This document shows positions 1-9,881 of a stretch of DNA of 64,000 nucleotides, in pieces. The first letter of the stretch is position 1. Every line of letters begins with the position of its first letter. Source of the DNA: Candidatus Poseidoniales archaeon (lineage in GTDB: Archaea; Thermoplasmatota; Poseidoniia; Poseidoniales; Poseidoniaceae); contig JAYNUQ010000001.1 of NCBI GenBank assembly GCA_038116375.1, forward strand, positions 13,454 to 77,453. The letters run 5' to 3'. Made by a program: the position numbers and the translations under genes. Under the pieces are notes generated by a model, which saw only the letters and a list, made by a program, of their open reading frames with translations, was not told the DNA's origin and ran no database searches.

Positions 1-873
1 TTGGTTGAGCAACTTTTGGGACGCTCGTTTACGGATGAAGAACTTCACACGGCGATTCAACGCATGGGCGGACACTTTGACGGTCGTCAGGAGGCACCTG
101 CTGATGCACCTCCACGCTCGAACCGTATGGCGGTCGCCCGTGCTGGTTCACACGAACTCTTGTTCACCATGCCCCGCTGGAGGTTTGACCTGCTGCACCC
201 TGTTGACCTGGTAGAAGAGTTGGCCATCGGGCACGGATATGAAGACCTTGGAACCGACCGACCACGGGCTCCGTTGACGGCGCTCCCGCGAGAAGATCAC
301 CACCTCCGTCGTCGACTGCGTGAAGCCATGCAGGGCCTTGGCATGATGCAAATTCAATCCCTCACCCTTTCCAACGAAAATGACCAATTCACCAACATGC
401 GATGGAGCCCGACACACGAGGTCACGGCGATTACCAACCCCATCACGGTCGACCATACCATTCTCCGTCAGCATCTCATCCCCGGCCTCGTCAAACTCTT
501 GGCTTCAAATCGCCACCACGACCTGCCCCAATCCGTTTACGAACTCGGCACCGTTGTTCGAGATCATCGAAACGCCGACCGACTGGCCTTCATTACGGCG
601 GAACGAAGCGGTGGTTTTGCGGCGGTTCGAGGGCGAATTCAGGCCCTTTGTACGGACCTCGGCGTCTCTTCATGGCGTGCAGAACCGCTTGGCGATGGGG
701 ACGGACCATGGCTCGCAGGACGGGCTGCGAAACTGATCATCAACGAAGAATGGGTGGGATGCTTCGGAGAATTCGACCCCGCCATCACCCATCTGTACGA
801 CCTCCGCGTTCCAATCAACGGCGCAGAACTTGACGTGAACGCCCTCATGTTGGCGATTGAGGACCCCGTGTGA
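1..873 (+). CDS. pheT: Phenylalanyl-tRNA synthetase beta subunit, C-terminal part (5' truncated by window edge)
   Basis: B5-domain motif PRWRFDLLHPVDLVEELAIGHGY, then NPITVDHTILRQHLIPGL and HHDLPQSVYELG. The archaeal-type C-terminus lacks the FDX-ACB domain. Confidence 0.93.
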   Translation: MVEQLLGRSFTDEELHTAIQRMGGHFDGRQEAPADAPPRSNRMAVARAGSHELLFTMPRWRFDLLHPVDLVEELAIGHGYEDLGTDRPRAPLTALPREDHHLRRRLREAMQGLGMMQIQSLTLSNENDQFTNMRWSPTHEVTAITNPITVDHTILRQHLIPGLVKLLASNRHHDLPQSVYELGTVVRDHRNADRLAFITAERSGGFAAVRGRIQALCTDLGVSSWRAEPLGDGDGPWLAGRAAKLIINEEWVGCFGEFDPAITHLYDLRVPINGAELDVNALMLAIEDPV

Positions 874-882
874 GGGTTGTGC

Positions 883-1569
883 ATGTGCGGTCGCTTTGCC
901 ATTGCAACGCCGCATCACGAACTGGCCAACATCATGGATTGCGAACCGCTTTCTGATCTGACCCCGTTCGAATCCTCCTGGAACGTTGCACCCCAAACAT
1001 TGGTTCCCGTCGGGACAGAAACAGGTGTGCATGGAGAAGCCAACGTCCCCCGCCATTTCCGATTGATGAAGTGGGGATTTCGCCCTTCGTGGTCAAAAGC
1101 CTCCCACCGAGAACCCATCAACGCCCGAAGCGAAACGATGCACGAAAAGCCGATGTTCCGCAATGCCGCCAAACAACGAAGGGGTTTCATTCCTGCTGAT
1201 GGATGGTACGAGTGGATGACCACGCCTCAAGGCAAAGTCCCATGGTATCACCAGCGAATGGACACCCAACCCACGATGTTGGCGGTCTTGTGGGACAGAT
1301 GGACCAACAGCGAATCGCATGTTGAGTCGTGTGTTGTGCTGACGCAGGAAGCCAATCCGGATTGCCGTGAAGTTCACGACCGTATGCCTGTGCTTCTCGA
1401 CCACGGCACGCTGTCCGATTGGCTCAACAACGGAACCCTCCCCCCCGTCCTACCGTTGGGCGCCATTGACCGACACCCTGTTTCGAGGGAAGTGAACAGC
1501 GTGAACAACAACCACGCAGGCTTGATTGAACCGCTGCCCCGGTTGTTTGATCACGAATACGGGGCGTAA
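883..1569 (+). CDS. SOS response-associated peptidase (SRAP/HMCES/YedK family), abasic-site DNA crosslinking protein
   Basis: ATG at 883 gives the N-terminus MCGRF (catalytic Cys2). Motifs WNVAP, INARSET, PADGWYEW, HDRMPV and VSREVNSV are present. Confidence 0.93.
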   Translation: MCGRFAIATPHHELANIMDCEPLSDLTPFESSWNVAPQTLVPVGTETGVHGEANVPRHFRLMKWGFRPSWSKASHREPINARSETMHEKPMFRNAAKQRRGFIPADGWYEWMTTPQGKVPWYHQRMDTQPTMLAVLWDRWTNSESHVESCVVLTQEANPDCREVHDRMPVLLDHGTLSDWLNNGTLPPVLPLGAIDRHPVSREVNSVNNNHAGLIEPLPRLFDHEYGA

Positions 1570-1973
1570 GTTCCATCGGTATTTTTTGTGTGTGCCACAG
1601 GGTCAAACGAACCGTCTGCATGTTGTTTGTAGTGGTAGCCATCCGTATGATGAACCCACGTGAATTCCGGTGCCTTCTCGTGAGGGGGAGACGAAGGACC
1701 GTCATCAACCGAGGCCGTGGCCTGATTCTCGTTGTTCGAAACGGTCGTTTCTGAAGTCACACCGTCGTAGTGAACCGTCTGGTCGGTGGCCGCCGTGACT
1801 TCCTGTGAACCATCGCCAAAGAGGGCCAGTGCATCTTTGTAAGCGTCTGAATCCGTCTCGATTTGAGTCCGAGCATTGGGGTCTTCCCCGCGCTTGTAGA
1901 CCACAGCAGCGGGAGGGGCTTCCTCGACCTGGGCCACAGGTTCCTTTTTCTTGAACGGCCAAAAAGGTGGCAT
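1551..1973 (-). CDS. Hypothetical protein with low-complexity linker and C-terminal aromatic beta-hairpin module
   Basis: 140-aa ORF starting MPPFWPFKKK and ending WVHHTDGYHYKQHADGSFDP...DGTYAPYS. It fills the gap between neighbouring genes. Confidence 0.7.
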   Translation of the reverse strand: MPPFWPFKKKEPVAQVEEAPPAAVVYKRGEDPNARTQIETDSDAYKDALALFGDGSQEVTAATDQTVHYDGVTSETTVSNNENQATASVDDGPSSPPHEKAPEFTWVHHTDGYHYKQHADGSFDPVAHTKNTDGTYAPYS

Positions 1974-2066
1974 GGACGTTCTAACGGCAATCTGTTGAAG
2001 AATGCACCGACCCGTTGATGTTCAAACAAGGGAGTGATTCATAGAGGAGATGCACGAGGAAACAGC

Positions 2067-4451
2067 ATGCGGTGGGCGCTCATCTGTACGCTCATGCTCA
2101 CCCAACTTTTCCTCCCTCTTTGTCTGGCTTCACAGACCGTTGAGGCTCGTTCAGATGCAGGATTGGAGTACACCGCCTCAACCGAAATCTATGTTCATCA
2201 AAACGAGACGGCCAGTGCCTACATCACGGTCCACAACAAAGCGTCGGAAAATCAAGCCTTCACCATCAGCGCCGTTGATGTCCCAGCGCCGCTGAGCATT
2301 GTTGGCTTACCAAGCACGGAACTTCTCGTCCCCAACCACCTCAAACAAATGGCGTTCGGCATCCGAGCACCATCAGAAGCGGCCTTCCAAAATCTAACGG
2401 CCACGTTTTCCATCACCAGCGACTTGGACGCTTCCATCAACGAAACCGTCTCGATGCAGGTGTTCATCGTGCCCCGGTCAAACCTGTCTTTTGGCGTTGA
2501 TGATTTTGCAACCTTTACCGTTGATGAGTTGGTGCGCACAGCCGTTGCGGTCAATCTGTCCAACAACGCATCCTACACCGATGAAGTCACCTTCAATCTC
2601 TACACGCCATCAGCATGGGCTTGGGGGTGGAGCATGCCCAACACAAGCGGTGATGAGGCTTACGTATCCATGGAACCGGACACCCTCACTTATGCCTACC
2701 TCTGGATTGATGTTCCTGCGGTCATCGACGGTGCACCCCTTGCGGAAACAGGCCCACGATTCACCCTTTCAGCCGTTTCGGGCCTGGACAAAGCGGTCAC
2801 CACATGGAATTTTGACCTGCTGATGAACCAAAAGAAAAACGTCACCATCGATGCCATTGAAGCCTCAATTCAGGTTGCACCAAACCAAGACGGCCGTGTC
2901 ACCGCTGTCGTACGCAACGTTGGAAACACCCCAAACACCCTCAACATCACCCTGCAGGCCATCACATCCGAAGGCCTTCCGCTCCCCGGTGTTGAAGCCT
3001 CTGACCGATTCAACAACAGCGGTTGGGTCGTGGCCCTTTTTGGTGGGCTCGAAGATGTCATCCTCCAACCCAACGAATCCCGAGTCATCGAGATTGGGTT
3101 CCAATCACCAAATGAATTCCAAGGTGAAATGCATGTTGAGTTGCGTGTTTTTGCGACGGGAGCACCGTCCGTCGTTCGTACAGCCCAGACCGCAGCGAGC
3201 ATCAACCGAGTCTCTTCTGGAACGCTGACCTTTGCCGCTACCGGTTGCGAATCCATCCTTCCCAACCAAACCTGTGACGTTTCCCTTAGCGTTGAAAATA
3301 CGGGGAATTCCTACAACACCTATCTCTTGCGTAACGGCGGTACCACGGACGGCTTCGGGCTTGTCCTCCCCGAAGAAGGATTGCTGGTTCAACCCAATCA
3401 GGTGAAGACCTTCTCACTCGCTACGGTTCGCTCTTCGAGCAACGCCATGGCCTTTACGCTTGGCACCTCAACGATTGAACTCCTTGATGACACGGCCACA
3501 ACCGTAGATACGGTTGCTGTACCGCTCAAAGTGGCGCCTGAAATCATGTGGACCTTCAGAAACGTCGAGGAACAGGTCAACGCGAAAGGACGCCTGTCCA
3601 TTGCCATGGAGGTTCGAAACAACGGGAACGCTGTTGACGGTCTCATCGTTCAACTGCAGTCAAGCCATGCGGTTGATATGGGCTTCATCCCCCCTGATAT
3701 CGCCGTCTATGAGGAGGGCGTAGAATATCCTCGCTCCTTTGAGATCAACGACATCCCGCTCAATTCAAATTTCACCATTCGAGCCTGGGTTCAACTCCCA
3801 CAAGACCAAACAAGCAACGGAACGGTCTACATCAATACCTCGATACGTTCGAGATTGGCGCCGGAATTGCCCTTCGTTCACACCAGCACTGGAGACTACC
3901 TTGGCGTTGAATGGCAACCGACGCCCGAAGAAGACATTGGCATTGATTGGAGGAGCATGGCGGATACTGCCGTTCTCTACGTTCAAGCGTGGTGGGGCGT
4001 GGTGGCGAGCATTCTCGTTGCAGGAGTGATTCTCTACAAGGCGGTGATCGACCGCGAACGCAGGCTTGAACAAAACACCACGTTGCCCTACCAAGAGACC
4101 GAATCTTCCGCCAATGATTGGATGAGCAACTACGAGCCACAACCCGCATCGGGAGAACCCGTGCCAGCACAACCTGCACCCGCGGTGCCAAAAGCCACCT
4201 ACGAGGCGATGTTTCGACACCAACACGGAACCTCTGAACCGACAATGAATGAAGTGAAACCTTCATTGGTCGCGGCTGCAAACGACGTTCTCGGTTCAAC
4301 GCCAACGCCGCAATCCCAAGGCACAAACCTACCGCTACCTGGAGAGAAGACCCCCGCCCCTAACGAGACCAAGCTGGCATCCAACACCGAAACCGTGGCA
4401 TCGGTTGCGAACGAAACCTTCGCAGAACCTGTCGACGACTTGGAGTTTTGA
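2067..4451 (+). CDS. Secreted, membrane-anchored multi-Ig-like (NEW3/CARDB-like) surface protein
   Basis: Signal peptide MRWALICTLMLTQLFLPLCLA; repeated V.N.GN motifs (VRNVGN, VENTGN, VRNNGN); C-terminal TM helix; Pro-rich acidic tail ending DDLEF. Confidence 0.8.
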   Translation: MRWALICTLMLTQLFLPLCLASQTVEARSDAGLEYTASTEIYVHQNETASAYITVHNKASENQAFTISAVDVPAPLSIVGLPSTELLVPNHLKQMAFGIRAPSEAAFQNLTATFSITSDLDASINETVSMQVFIVPRSNLSFGVDDFATFTVDELVRTAVAVNLSNNASYTDEVTFNLYTPSAWAWGWSMPNTSGDEAYVSMEPDTLTYAYLWIDVPAVIDGAPLAETGPRFTLSAVSGLDKAVTTWNFDLLMNQKKNVTIDAIEASIQVAPNQDGRVTAVVRNVGNTPNTLNITLQAITSEGLPLPGVEASDRFNNSGWVVALFGGLEDVILQPNESRVIEIGFQSPNEFQGEMHVELRVFATGAPSVVRTAQTAASINRVSSGTLTFAATGCESILPNQTCDVSLSVENTGNSYNTYLLRNGGTTDGFGLVLPEEGLLVQPNQVKTFSLATVRSSSNAMAFTLGTSTIELLDDTATTVDTVAVPLKVAPEIMWTFRNVEEQVNAKGRLSIAMEVRNNGNAVDGLIVQLQSSHAVDMGFIPPDIAVYEEGVEYPRSFEINDIPLNSNFTIRAWVQLPQDQTSNGTVYINTSIRSRLAPELPFVHTSTGDYLGVEWQPTPEEDIGIDWRSMADTAVLYVQAWWGVVASILVAGVILYKAVIDRERRLEQNTTLPYQETESSANDWMSNYEPQPASGEPVPAQPAPAVPKATYEAMFRHQHGTSEPTMNEVKPSLVAAANDVLGSTPTPQSQGTNLPLPGEKTPAPNETKLASNTETVASVANETFAEPVDDLEF

Positions 4452-4460
4452 GGTGGTTCG

Positions 4461-5198
4461 ATGTTGGTCGGCCTCGATGAAGCAGGACGAGGCCCTGTGC
4501 TTGGTCCATTGGTCGTTGGAATTTGTTGCATTCCTCAGGAGGCGGAACCTCTTCTCCTTGACGCAGGAGTGAAGGACTCAAAAGACCTCAGTCCGGCAAA
4601 ACGCAGAGAACTCGAAACGTGGTTCTACGAACGGTGTGCGTCGTCGGACTGGTTTGGTACGACGGTCACCTTGTCGGCTGAAACCGTCGATCTTGCACTT
4701 CAACAACAGGGTTTGAACTGGCTTGAAGTTGAAGGTTTTCAACAGGCGATTCAGGCGCTCCCATATCGCGAACATCTGAAGATTTTCGCTGATGCCTGCG
4801 ACGTGAACGCAGAACGGTTTACGCAGCGCATTACCAACCGACTGGACGCATGGCCTTGGCCTGCCTCGACCATGGTGTCCGAACACAAAGCAGACAACCG
4901 CTATCCCGTTGTGGCGATGGCGAGTATCCTCGCAAAGGAAGAGCGAGACAGAGCCATTCACGCCATGGGTGAACGGGTGGGGTTCGGCATTGGCTCCGGT
5001 TATCCCAGCGACCCTGCGACAAAATCTTCGCTCCCAGCATTGGTAAAACAATCAGGAATTGACCCCGACGTGCGATGGGGATGGGCAACCGTCGTGCGAT
5101 TTTGGCAACAGGAACGCACGGGCGATGTCCCCGTTCGCGGACAGGCCCGCACCGTTCAGCATCAACTCTTCCAGCACGATGAGACACGCATTTCTTGA
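4461..5198 (+). CDS. rnhB: Ribonuclease HII
   Basis: GLDEAGRGPVLGPL, VKDSK, HKAD, VAMASILAK and GSGYPSD motifs; GAGGTG RBS upstream. Confidence 0.96.
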   Translation: MLVGLDEAGRGPVLGPLVVGICCIPQEAEPLLLDAGVKDSKDLSPAKRRELETWFYERCASSDWFGTTVTLSAETVDLALQQQGLNWLEVEGFQQAIQALPYREHLKIFADACDVNAERFTQRITNRLDAWPWPASTMVSEHKADNRYPVVAMASILAKEERDRAIHAMGERVGFGIGSGYPSDPATKSSLPALVKQSGIDPDVRWGWATVVRFWQQERTGDVPVRGQARTVQHQLFQHDETRIS

Positions 5199-5227
5199 AG
5201 GGGCATCGTCTGGTCCACACGAGCGAC

Positions 5228-6955
5228 ATGACATGGAGTCCAGATGAGGAGACGTTGAACCTCATCAATCATGTTGCGTTACAGAACGCTCTGGAGTACG
5301 AAGGTAAGGCAGCGGTTGGTTCGGTCATTGGTCGCATCATGGGCATGAGGGAAGACCTCAAGCAGCACGGGAAGTCGGTAACGGGACTCGTCGCAAAGAG
5401 CGTGGCTGATGCCAACACCATGGCTGCTCAACAAGGTCTTGACGCTGTTCGAGCTGTTCTCGAACGGGAAGCACCACACCTGCTCGAAAAACGAGAGACG
5501 AAAGCTCGCCGAGAAGGGTTGCCTGACCTTGAAAACGCAGAGAACGGGAAGGTCGTGTTGAGGTTTGCACCCAACCCTAACGGCCCCCTTTCCTTCGGTC
5601 ATGCTCGTGGCTTGGTCATCAACAGCACCTATCGAGCGATGTACGAGGGCGAATTCATCCTCCGGTTTGACGACACGGATACCAAAGTGAAACCCCCGAT
5701 GCTCGAGGCCTATGAGCGCATCCAAGAAGAGACGGCATGGCTCATCGGACGTCAACCTGACCGAGTGGTCATCGCATCGGACCGAATCGACATCTATTAC
5801 GAATACGCCACCAAAATGTTGGAGGGCGGGTTTGGATACGTCTGCAGATGCACCGCAGATGAGTTCAAAGAACACCGTGTTGCGAAGACCAACTGTCCCT
5901 GCCGAACCCAAACTCCAGAAGACAACGCTGTGTTCTGGAAGCGTATGCTCAAAGGCGCCTACAAACCAGGTGAGGCCGTTATCCGAGTAAAGACCGACAT
6001 GACGTTGAAGAATCCTGCACTCAGAGATTGGCCTGCTCTCCGACTCCAGGACACCAACCTTCACCCTCATCCACGCCCAGAAATCGGGTCAACCTACGCA
6101 GTGTGGCCGCTGCTTGATTTCCAGAGTGCGGTGGAAGATCATCTGCAGGGAGTGACCCATATCATTCGGGGCAAGGATTTGATGGATTCCACCCGCAAGC
6201 AGACCCTTCTCTACGAGCACTTTGGTTGGACGTATCCCGAGACCCTGTATTGGGGCCGAGTGAAAGTCCACGAATGGGGGGGCTTTTCAACCTCACAAAT
6301 GCGGTCAGACATTGAAGCAGGAATTTACGGAGATTGGGACGACCCCCGTCTTCCAACCCTCGCCGGTCTCCAAAACCGGGGAATTCAGGCTGAAGCCCTT
6401 CGAAACTTTTGGCTGGAATTGGGCATCACCCAAAAGGACATCTCCGTTCCACTGGCAACCCTTTACTCTCACAACACGAAGGTTGTGGATGACAGCGCTC
6501 CACGCCTCACCTTTGTTCGTCATCCCGTTTCCTTTGAACTGGACGGTGAATATCCATCCGCGATTGAAATTCCAACCCACCCCAACCGCCCCGAGATGGG
6601 CATTCGTTCGTGGGCCATCAACGAAGGAAAAATCTGGCTTGAAGGCGATGATTTGGAGAAAATGGACCTGCGATTGAAGGAGTTCGCTGATGTTGGACTG
6701 CACGATAGGAAAGCCCACATTGAGAGCATCGAACGCTCCGACAAGCGACCCATTGTTCACTGGTTACCTCACGGCAAGAGCACGGAAGCCATCCTTTCAG
6801 GGACCAAAGACAACACCCATTTCCACATTGAAGGGAGGGTTGAGCAGCACAAGTATCCAACCGGCACCATCGTGCAACTCGAGCGCATCGGATACGCCAA
6901 GGTCATGGCGGACGGTGGATTGATGCTTTGCCACGAGGAATTGCTTGAAACCTGA
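5228..6955 (+). CDS. gltX: Glutamyl-tRNA synthetase (archaeal type)
   Basis: RFAPNPNGPLSFGH, LRFDDTD, CxC...CPC Zn knuckle, THIIRGKD, WDDPRLPT and QLERIGY. Start is probably ATG 5228 (alternative TTG 5195). Confidence 0.96.
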   Translation: MTWSPDEETLNLINHVALQNALEYEGKAAVGSVIGRIMGMREDLKQHGKSVTGLVAKSVADANTMAAQQGLDAVRAVLEREAPHLLEKRETKARREGLPDLENAENGKVVLRFAPNPNGPLSFGHARGLVINSTYRAMYEGEFILRFDDTDTKVKPPMLEAYERIQEETAWLIGRQPDRVVIASDRIDIYYEYATKMLEGGFGYVCRCTADEFKEHRVAKTNCPCRTQTPEDNAVFWKRMLKGAYKPGEAVIRVKTDMTLKNPALRDWPALRLQDTNLHPHPRPEIGSTYAVWPLLDFQSAVEDHLQGVTHIIRGKDLMDSTRKQTLLYEHFGWTYPETLYWGRVKVHEWGGFSTSQMRSDIEAGIYGDWDDPRLPTLAGLQNRGIQAEALRNFWLELGITQKDISVPLATLYSHNTKVVDDSAPRLTFVRHPVSFELDGEYPSAIEIPTHPNRPEMGIRSWAINEGKIWLEGDDLEKMDLRLKEFADVGLHDRKAHIESIERSDKRPIVHWLPHGKSTEAILSGTKDNTHFHIEGRVEQHKYPTGTIVQLERIGYAKVMADGGLMLCHEELLET

Positions 6956-6993
6956 AAGCAAGAACAAAAACCCGCAAGCCTCCTCCTGCTTCC

Positions 6994-7404
6994 ATGGGAA
7001 AGACCGTTTCGGACCTGACGCTTGATGATGAACACATGACGGTGGGGGTGGCCGACACCCTCCAAGAAGCCGCCAAGCGCCTGCTCACCATCGCAGGTGG
7101 CATCATGGTCGTCCTCGATGATGACCAGCGTGTCAAAGGCGTCATCGGCCAGCGACAACTCATCAAGGCGTTGAGCGAGGGCGTGGACGCCGCATCGGCC
7201 CAATGTCACGCGCACATGGAAATGGATTTCATGCAGGTCAACTTAGCGGACAGCCTGAAAGCTGTCCTCGCTGACATCCGTACTCGAAGTCCTCAAGCCG
7301 TCGTGGCCGTGGACGAGAACCAAGAATTCGTTGGCTACTTTTCACCAGGGGATTACCAAGAGGCCGTCCAACTCGTTGACAACCTCAAAGGACTGAACCT
7401 CTGA
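6994..7404 (+). CDS. Stand-alone CBS-pair domain protein
   Basis: Two CBS-like repeats (DTLQEA...VVLDDDQRVKGVI; DSLKAV...VAVDENQEFVGYF). Confidence 0.75.
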   Translation: MGKTVSDLTLDDEHMTVGVADTLQEAAKRLLTIAGGIMVVLDDDQRVKGVIGQRQLIKALSEGVDAASAQCHAHMEMDFMQVNLADSLKAVLADIRTRSPQAVVAVDENQEFVGYFSPGDYQEAVQLVDNLKGLNL

Positions 7405-9426
7405 TCAGGCCACGAGTTTGATGACCCGCTGGCACCCTGCACAATTGAAGCGGTGAGGTCGCTCATCGGTGGTGACGGCGTTCAGTGTTTGACATGCTGG
7501 ACAAGGTATCTTTGGATAATTGGGGCTTGAAGACTGACGCGGCCCGCCAATCAGTCGTGGACTGGCGACGGCGGTCACCAGCCAAATGAGGCTGACAGTA
7601 CCCAATGCCGTCCCGATGAACACAAGCGGATATCCGAACATGGTGACCAACAACACCAAAGGAACGAGAATCAATTCAAGATAGAGGTAGGTTCGCCGAC
7701 GTGAACGGGTAAGACGCAACCCAACCATGAAGGCAGCGAGCAAGCCGATGACGGTGAGAACGGTCAGCGAGAGCGGAGCGTACACGACGTTCGCTGTCGG
7801 CAATGTTGACAACGCGAAATTTTCGCTTTGGTCCAGACCTTCACCCGACAGGTGGATGCGGTCGCCCCACGGCATACGCGACACGGAGAACTCAAAGGCG
7901 GTGGATTCACGAACAATGCTGTTGCTCAAGGCCGTCAGCGAAGAGGAACGAGCATCCAATGTGAGGGTATAGTCGCTCCAAAGAGGTGCTGGTTGAACGA
8001 CGATGAAATTGCGGAGGAGATCAATCCGCTTTCCGTCTTGGACCAATTCCGTCGTTGAAAATCGCAGGGTGACTGGATGATTGATGACGGCAGACTGACC
8101 GTTCAAATCCACTTCGATTTTGAGTTCATTGAAGGCTCGGAAATCACCGAGCAACTCTTCCGTGTCAAGTCCCAGTCCTGCATTCATGTACATGGGGCCA
8201 AGGCTGACCATTTGTCGCTCAAATTCTGCAAGTTCAACCTCTTCGACGAACCGACTCACGCGGTCATCATCCGTCACAGGGCCTGCCGAAAAGGCTCGGA
8301 GCATCGGCGAGAGGGCGGGATTTTCGTCCCCAATATGGTCCATTCCCCACCGCATCCAAAACGCCAATTCGTCATCGATGGTGATGGTCGTAACCCGTTC
8401 GAGCATCAAGCCGCCGTCTTGTGTGGCGAGGGTCATCGAGATGTCGAGAACCATGCTGCTTCCAGCGCCGTCGGTTCGGAGAGGCTCATCAGGAGGGTAG
8501 TAGGTGCCCGTCCCTCCTCCTGTGTCAAAGGTCTCGACGGTGTAGGTGGTGGAACCGCGTAACGCTGGTTGGCCGGGTTGGAATTCCAATTCAACTTCCA
8601 CGTTGATGGTCTCTTCCCCGCCAGCAGCTCCCGTCCAGGTCCACGTGACGCGAACGGTATCGCCAACGGCCGTTTCGATGGGGTCACCTGAAACGGGAAC
8701 GCCGTTGACCTTGAGCGTGATGGACTCGGCCATGGCCAGCGTGGAGAGCCCCCACGGTGAATCAAGGCGAACTGCAAGATAGACATCGGACCCTTCAACT
8801 TCGGGCTCGACCATGTAGATGTCCATCAGCGGAATGGTTGCTTCAAGAGAGGAATCTTCAGACTCACTGCCCCAAAAAAACTCAAGCTTTGCATCGGCAG
8901 CAGGAACGCTGAACAACACAGCTTGGACGGTGAACTCGATTTCAATGTTGGATGAACCGCTTGTGGTAAAGGACTCTACGTCGATGTCAAAGTTCAGAGA
9001 GCCCGTTCCTTGGGCGAGGAATGAGGAACCTGCTTCGGTTGCTGCGCTGAAGCTCTTTGAACCAACGCTGACCGTGGCCGTGGCGTTGATTTGTACACCT
9101 GCTGCGTTCGCAACCTCGTAGTTGATGGAGAAGGTCCAGGTTGATGATGGAACGGCGCCTCCCCATGTGTTGGGAAGCAGCCAGCGGCCGATGCTCTCCT
9201 GAGAAGAAATCGATGTTTCAACGCCCACGCTCTGAGGCTCTTCACCGAGGTCAGCCGCAAACGGTGTCAATCGCTTGTTGGCCTCGCTACCGATCAAGTA
9301 GAGTTCAACAGGAGCCGCATCACAGCACACCAAAACATCGTCGCTTGTGTCGGCTTGCGCCGTGGAAAGGAACGGTGAAACCACGGTCAACAGAAGGACG
9401 GTGGTGAGGAGGAGGGCTTGGCGCAT
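7405..9426 (-). CDS. Hypothetical exported protein with three C-terminal TM helices and a cytoplasmic zinc ribbon
   Basis: Signal peptide, ~530-aa acidic ectodomain, three hydrophobic helices, terminal CPAC...CAGC. Confidence 0.8.
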   Translation of the reverse strand: MRQALLLTTVLLLTVVSPFLSTAQADTSDDVLVCCDAAPVELYLIGSEANKRLTPFAADLGEEPQSVGVETSISSQESIGRWLLPNTWGGAVPSSTWTFSINYEVANAAGVQINATATVSVGSKSFSAATEAGSSFLAQGTGSLNFDIDVESFTTSGSSNIEIEFTVQAVLFSVPAADAKLEFFWGSESEDSSLEATIPLMDIYMVEPEVEGSDVYLAVRLDSPWGLSTLAMAESITLKVNGVPVSGDPIETAVGDTVRVTWTWTGAAGGEETINVEVELEFQPGQPALRGSTTYTVETFDTGGGTGTYYPPDEPLRTDGAGSSMVLDISMTLATQDGGLMLERVTTITIDDELAFWMRWGMDHIGDENPALSPMLRAFSAGPVTDDDRVSRFVEEVELAEFERQMVSLGPMYMNAGLGLDTEELLGDFRAFNELKIEVDLNGQSAVINHPVTLRFSTTELVQDGKRIDLLRNFIVVQPAPLWSDYTLTLDARSSSLTALSNSIVRESTAFEFSVSRMPWGDRIHLSGEGLDQSENFALSTLPTANVVYAPLSLTVLTVIGLLAAFMVGLRLTRSRRRTYLYLELILVPLVLLVTMFGYPLVFIGTALGTVSLIWLVTAVASPRLIGGPRQSSSPNYPKIPCPACQTLNAVTTDERPHRFNCAGCQRVIKLVA

Positions 9427-9493
9427 TGGTTCTCAAGGCAACCCAAGACTCAATGGCTCATAACTTCAACTCATGACCGTGAGGTCATCGGCC

Positions 9494-9844
9494 TCAAAGT
9501 GCCTTCTCGAGGAGTGCGCCAAGTTCTTTTTCGAACAAGGTCACCAGGGCTTCACCAACTTCACCCTGCAACTCGTCCGGGAGGAGACGTAGGCCGAGGC
9601 GTGTGGCTGCACGGGTTGCTTTCAACTCAGCGTAAATGCTCCGTGCTTTGGAGTGGAAGTAGTAGGCCACCGCCTCCTTGATCTCGGCCTTGAGTTCGGG
9701 GTCTTCGTCAACTTTCGCACGAATGTGCGTTTTCAGTTCATCCTTGACGAGGTCTTTGAACGCCTCGATGACCAGGTCTTCGGTGGACATCAACTCCTGG
9801 AGTTGCGTTTGGAGGCTGCCCGTTAGCAATCGTTCTATCGCCAT
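9494..9844 (-). CDS. Hypothetical alpha-helical protein (~116 aa)
   Basis: Start MAIERLL at ATG 9844 with TTCAAAA at -29; amphipathic helical composition. Confidence 0.75.
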   Translation of the reverse strand: MAIERLLTGSLQTQLQELMSTEDLVIEAFKDLVKDELKTHIRAKVDEDPELKAEIKEAVAYYFHSKARSIYAELKATRAATRLGLRLLPDELQGEVGEALVTLFEKELGALLEKAL

Positions 9845-9881
9845 GGCACTCCCACGCACGCCAAAGTTTTGAATCCGTCGC

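Noticed and set aside
5228-6955. SFGH and FSTS in place of HIGH and KMSKS in GluRS
   Set aside because: Degenerate versions of these motifs are common in archaeal GluRS.
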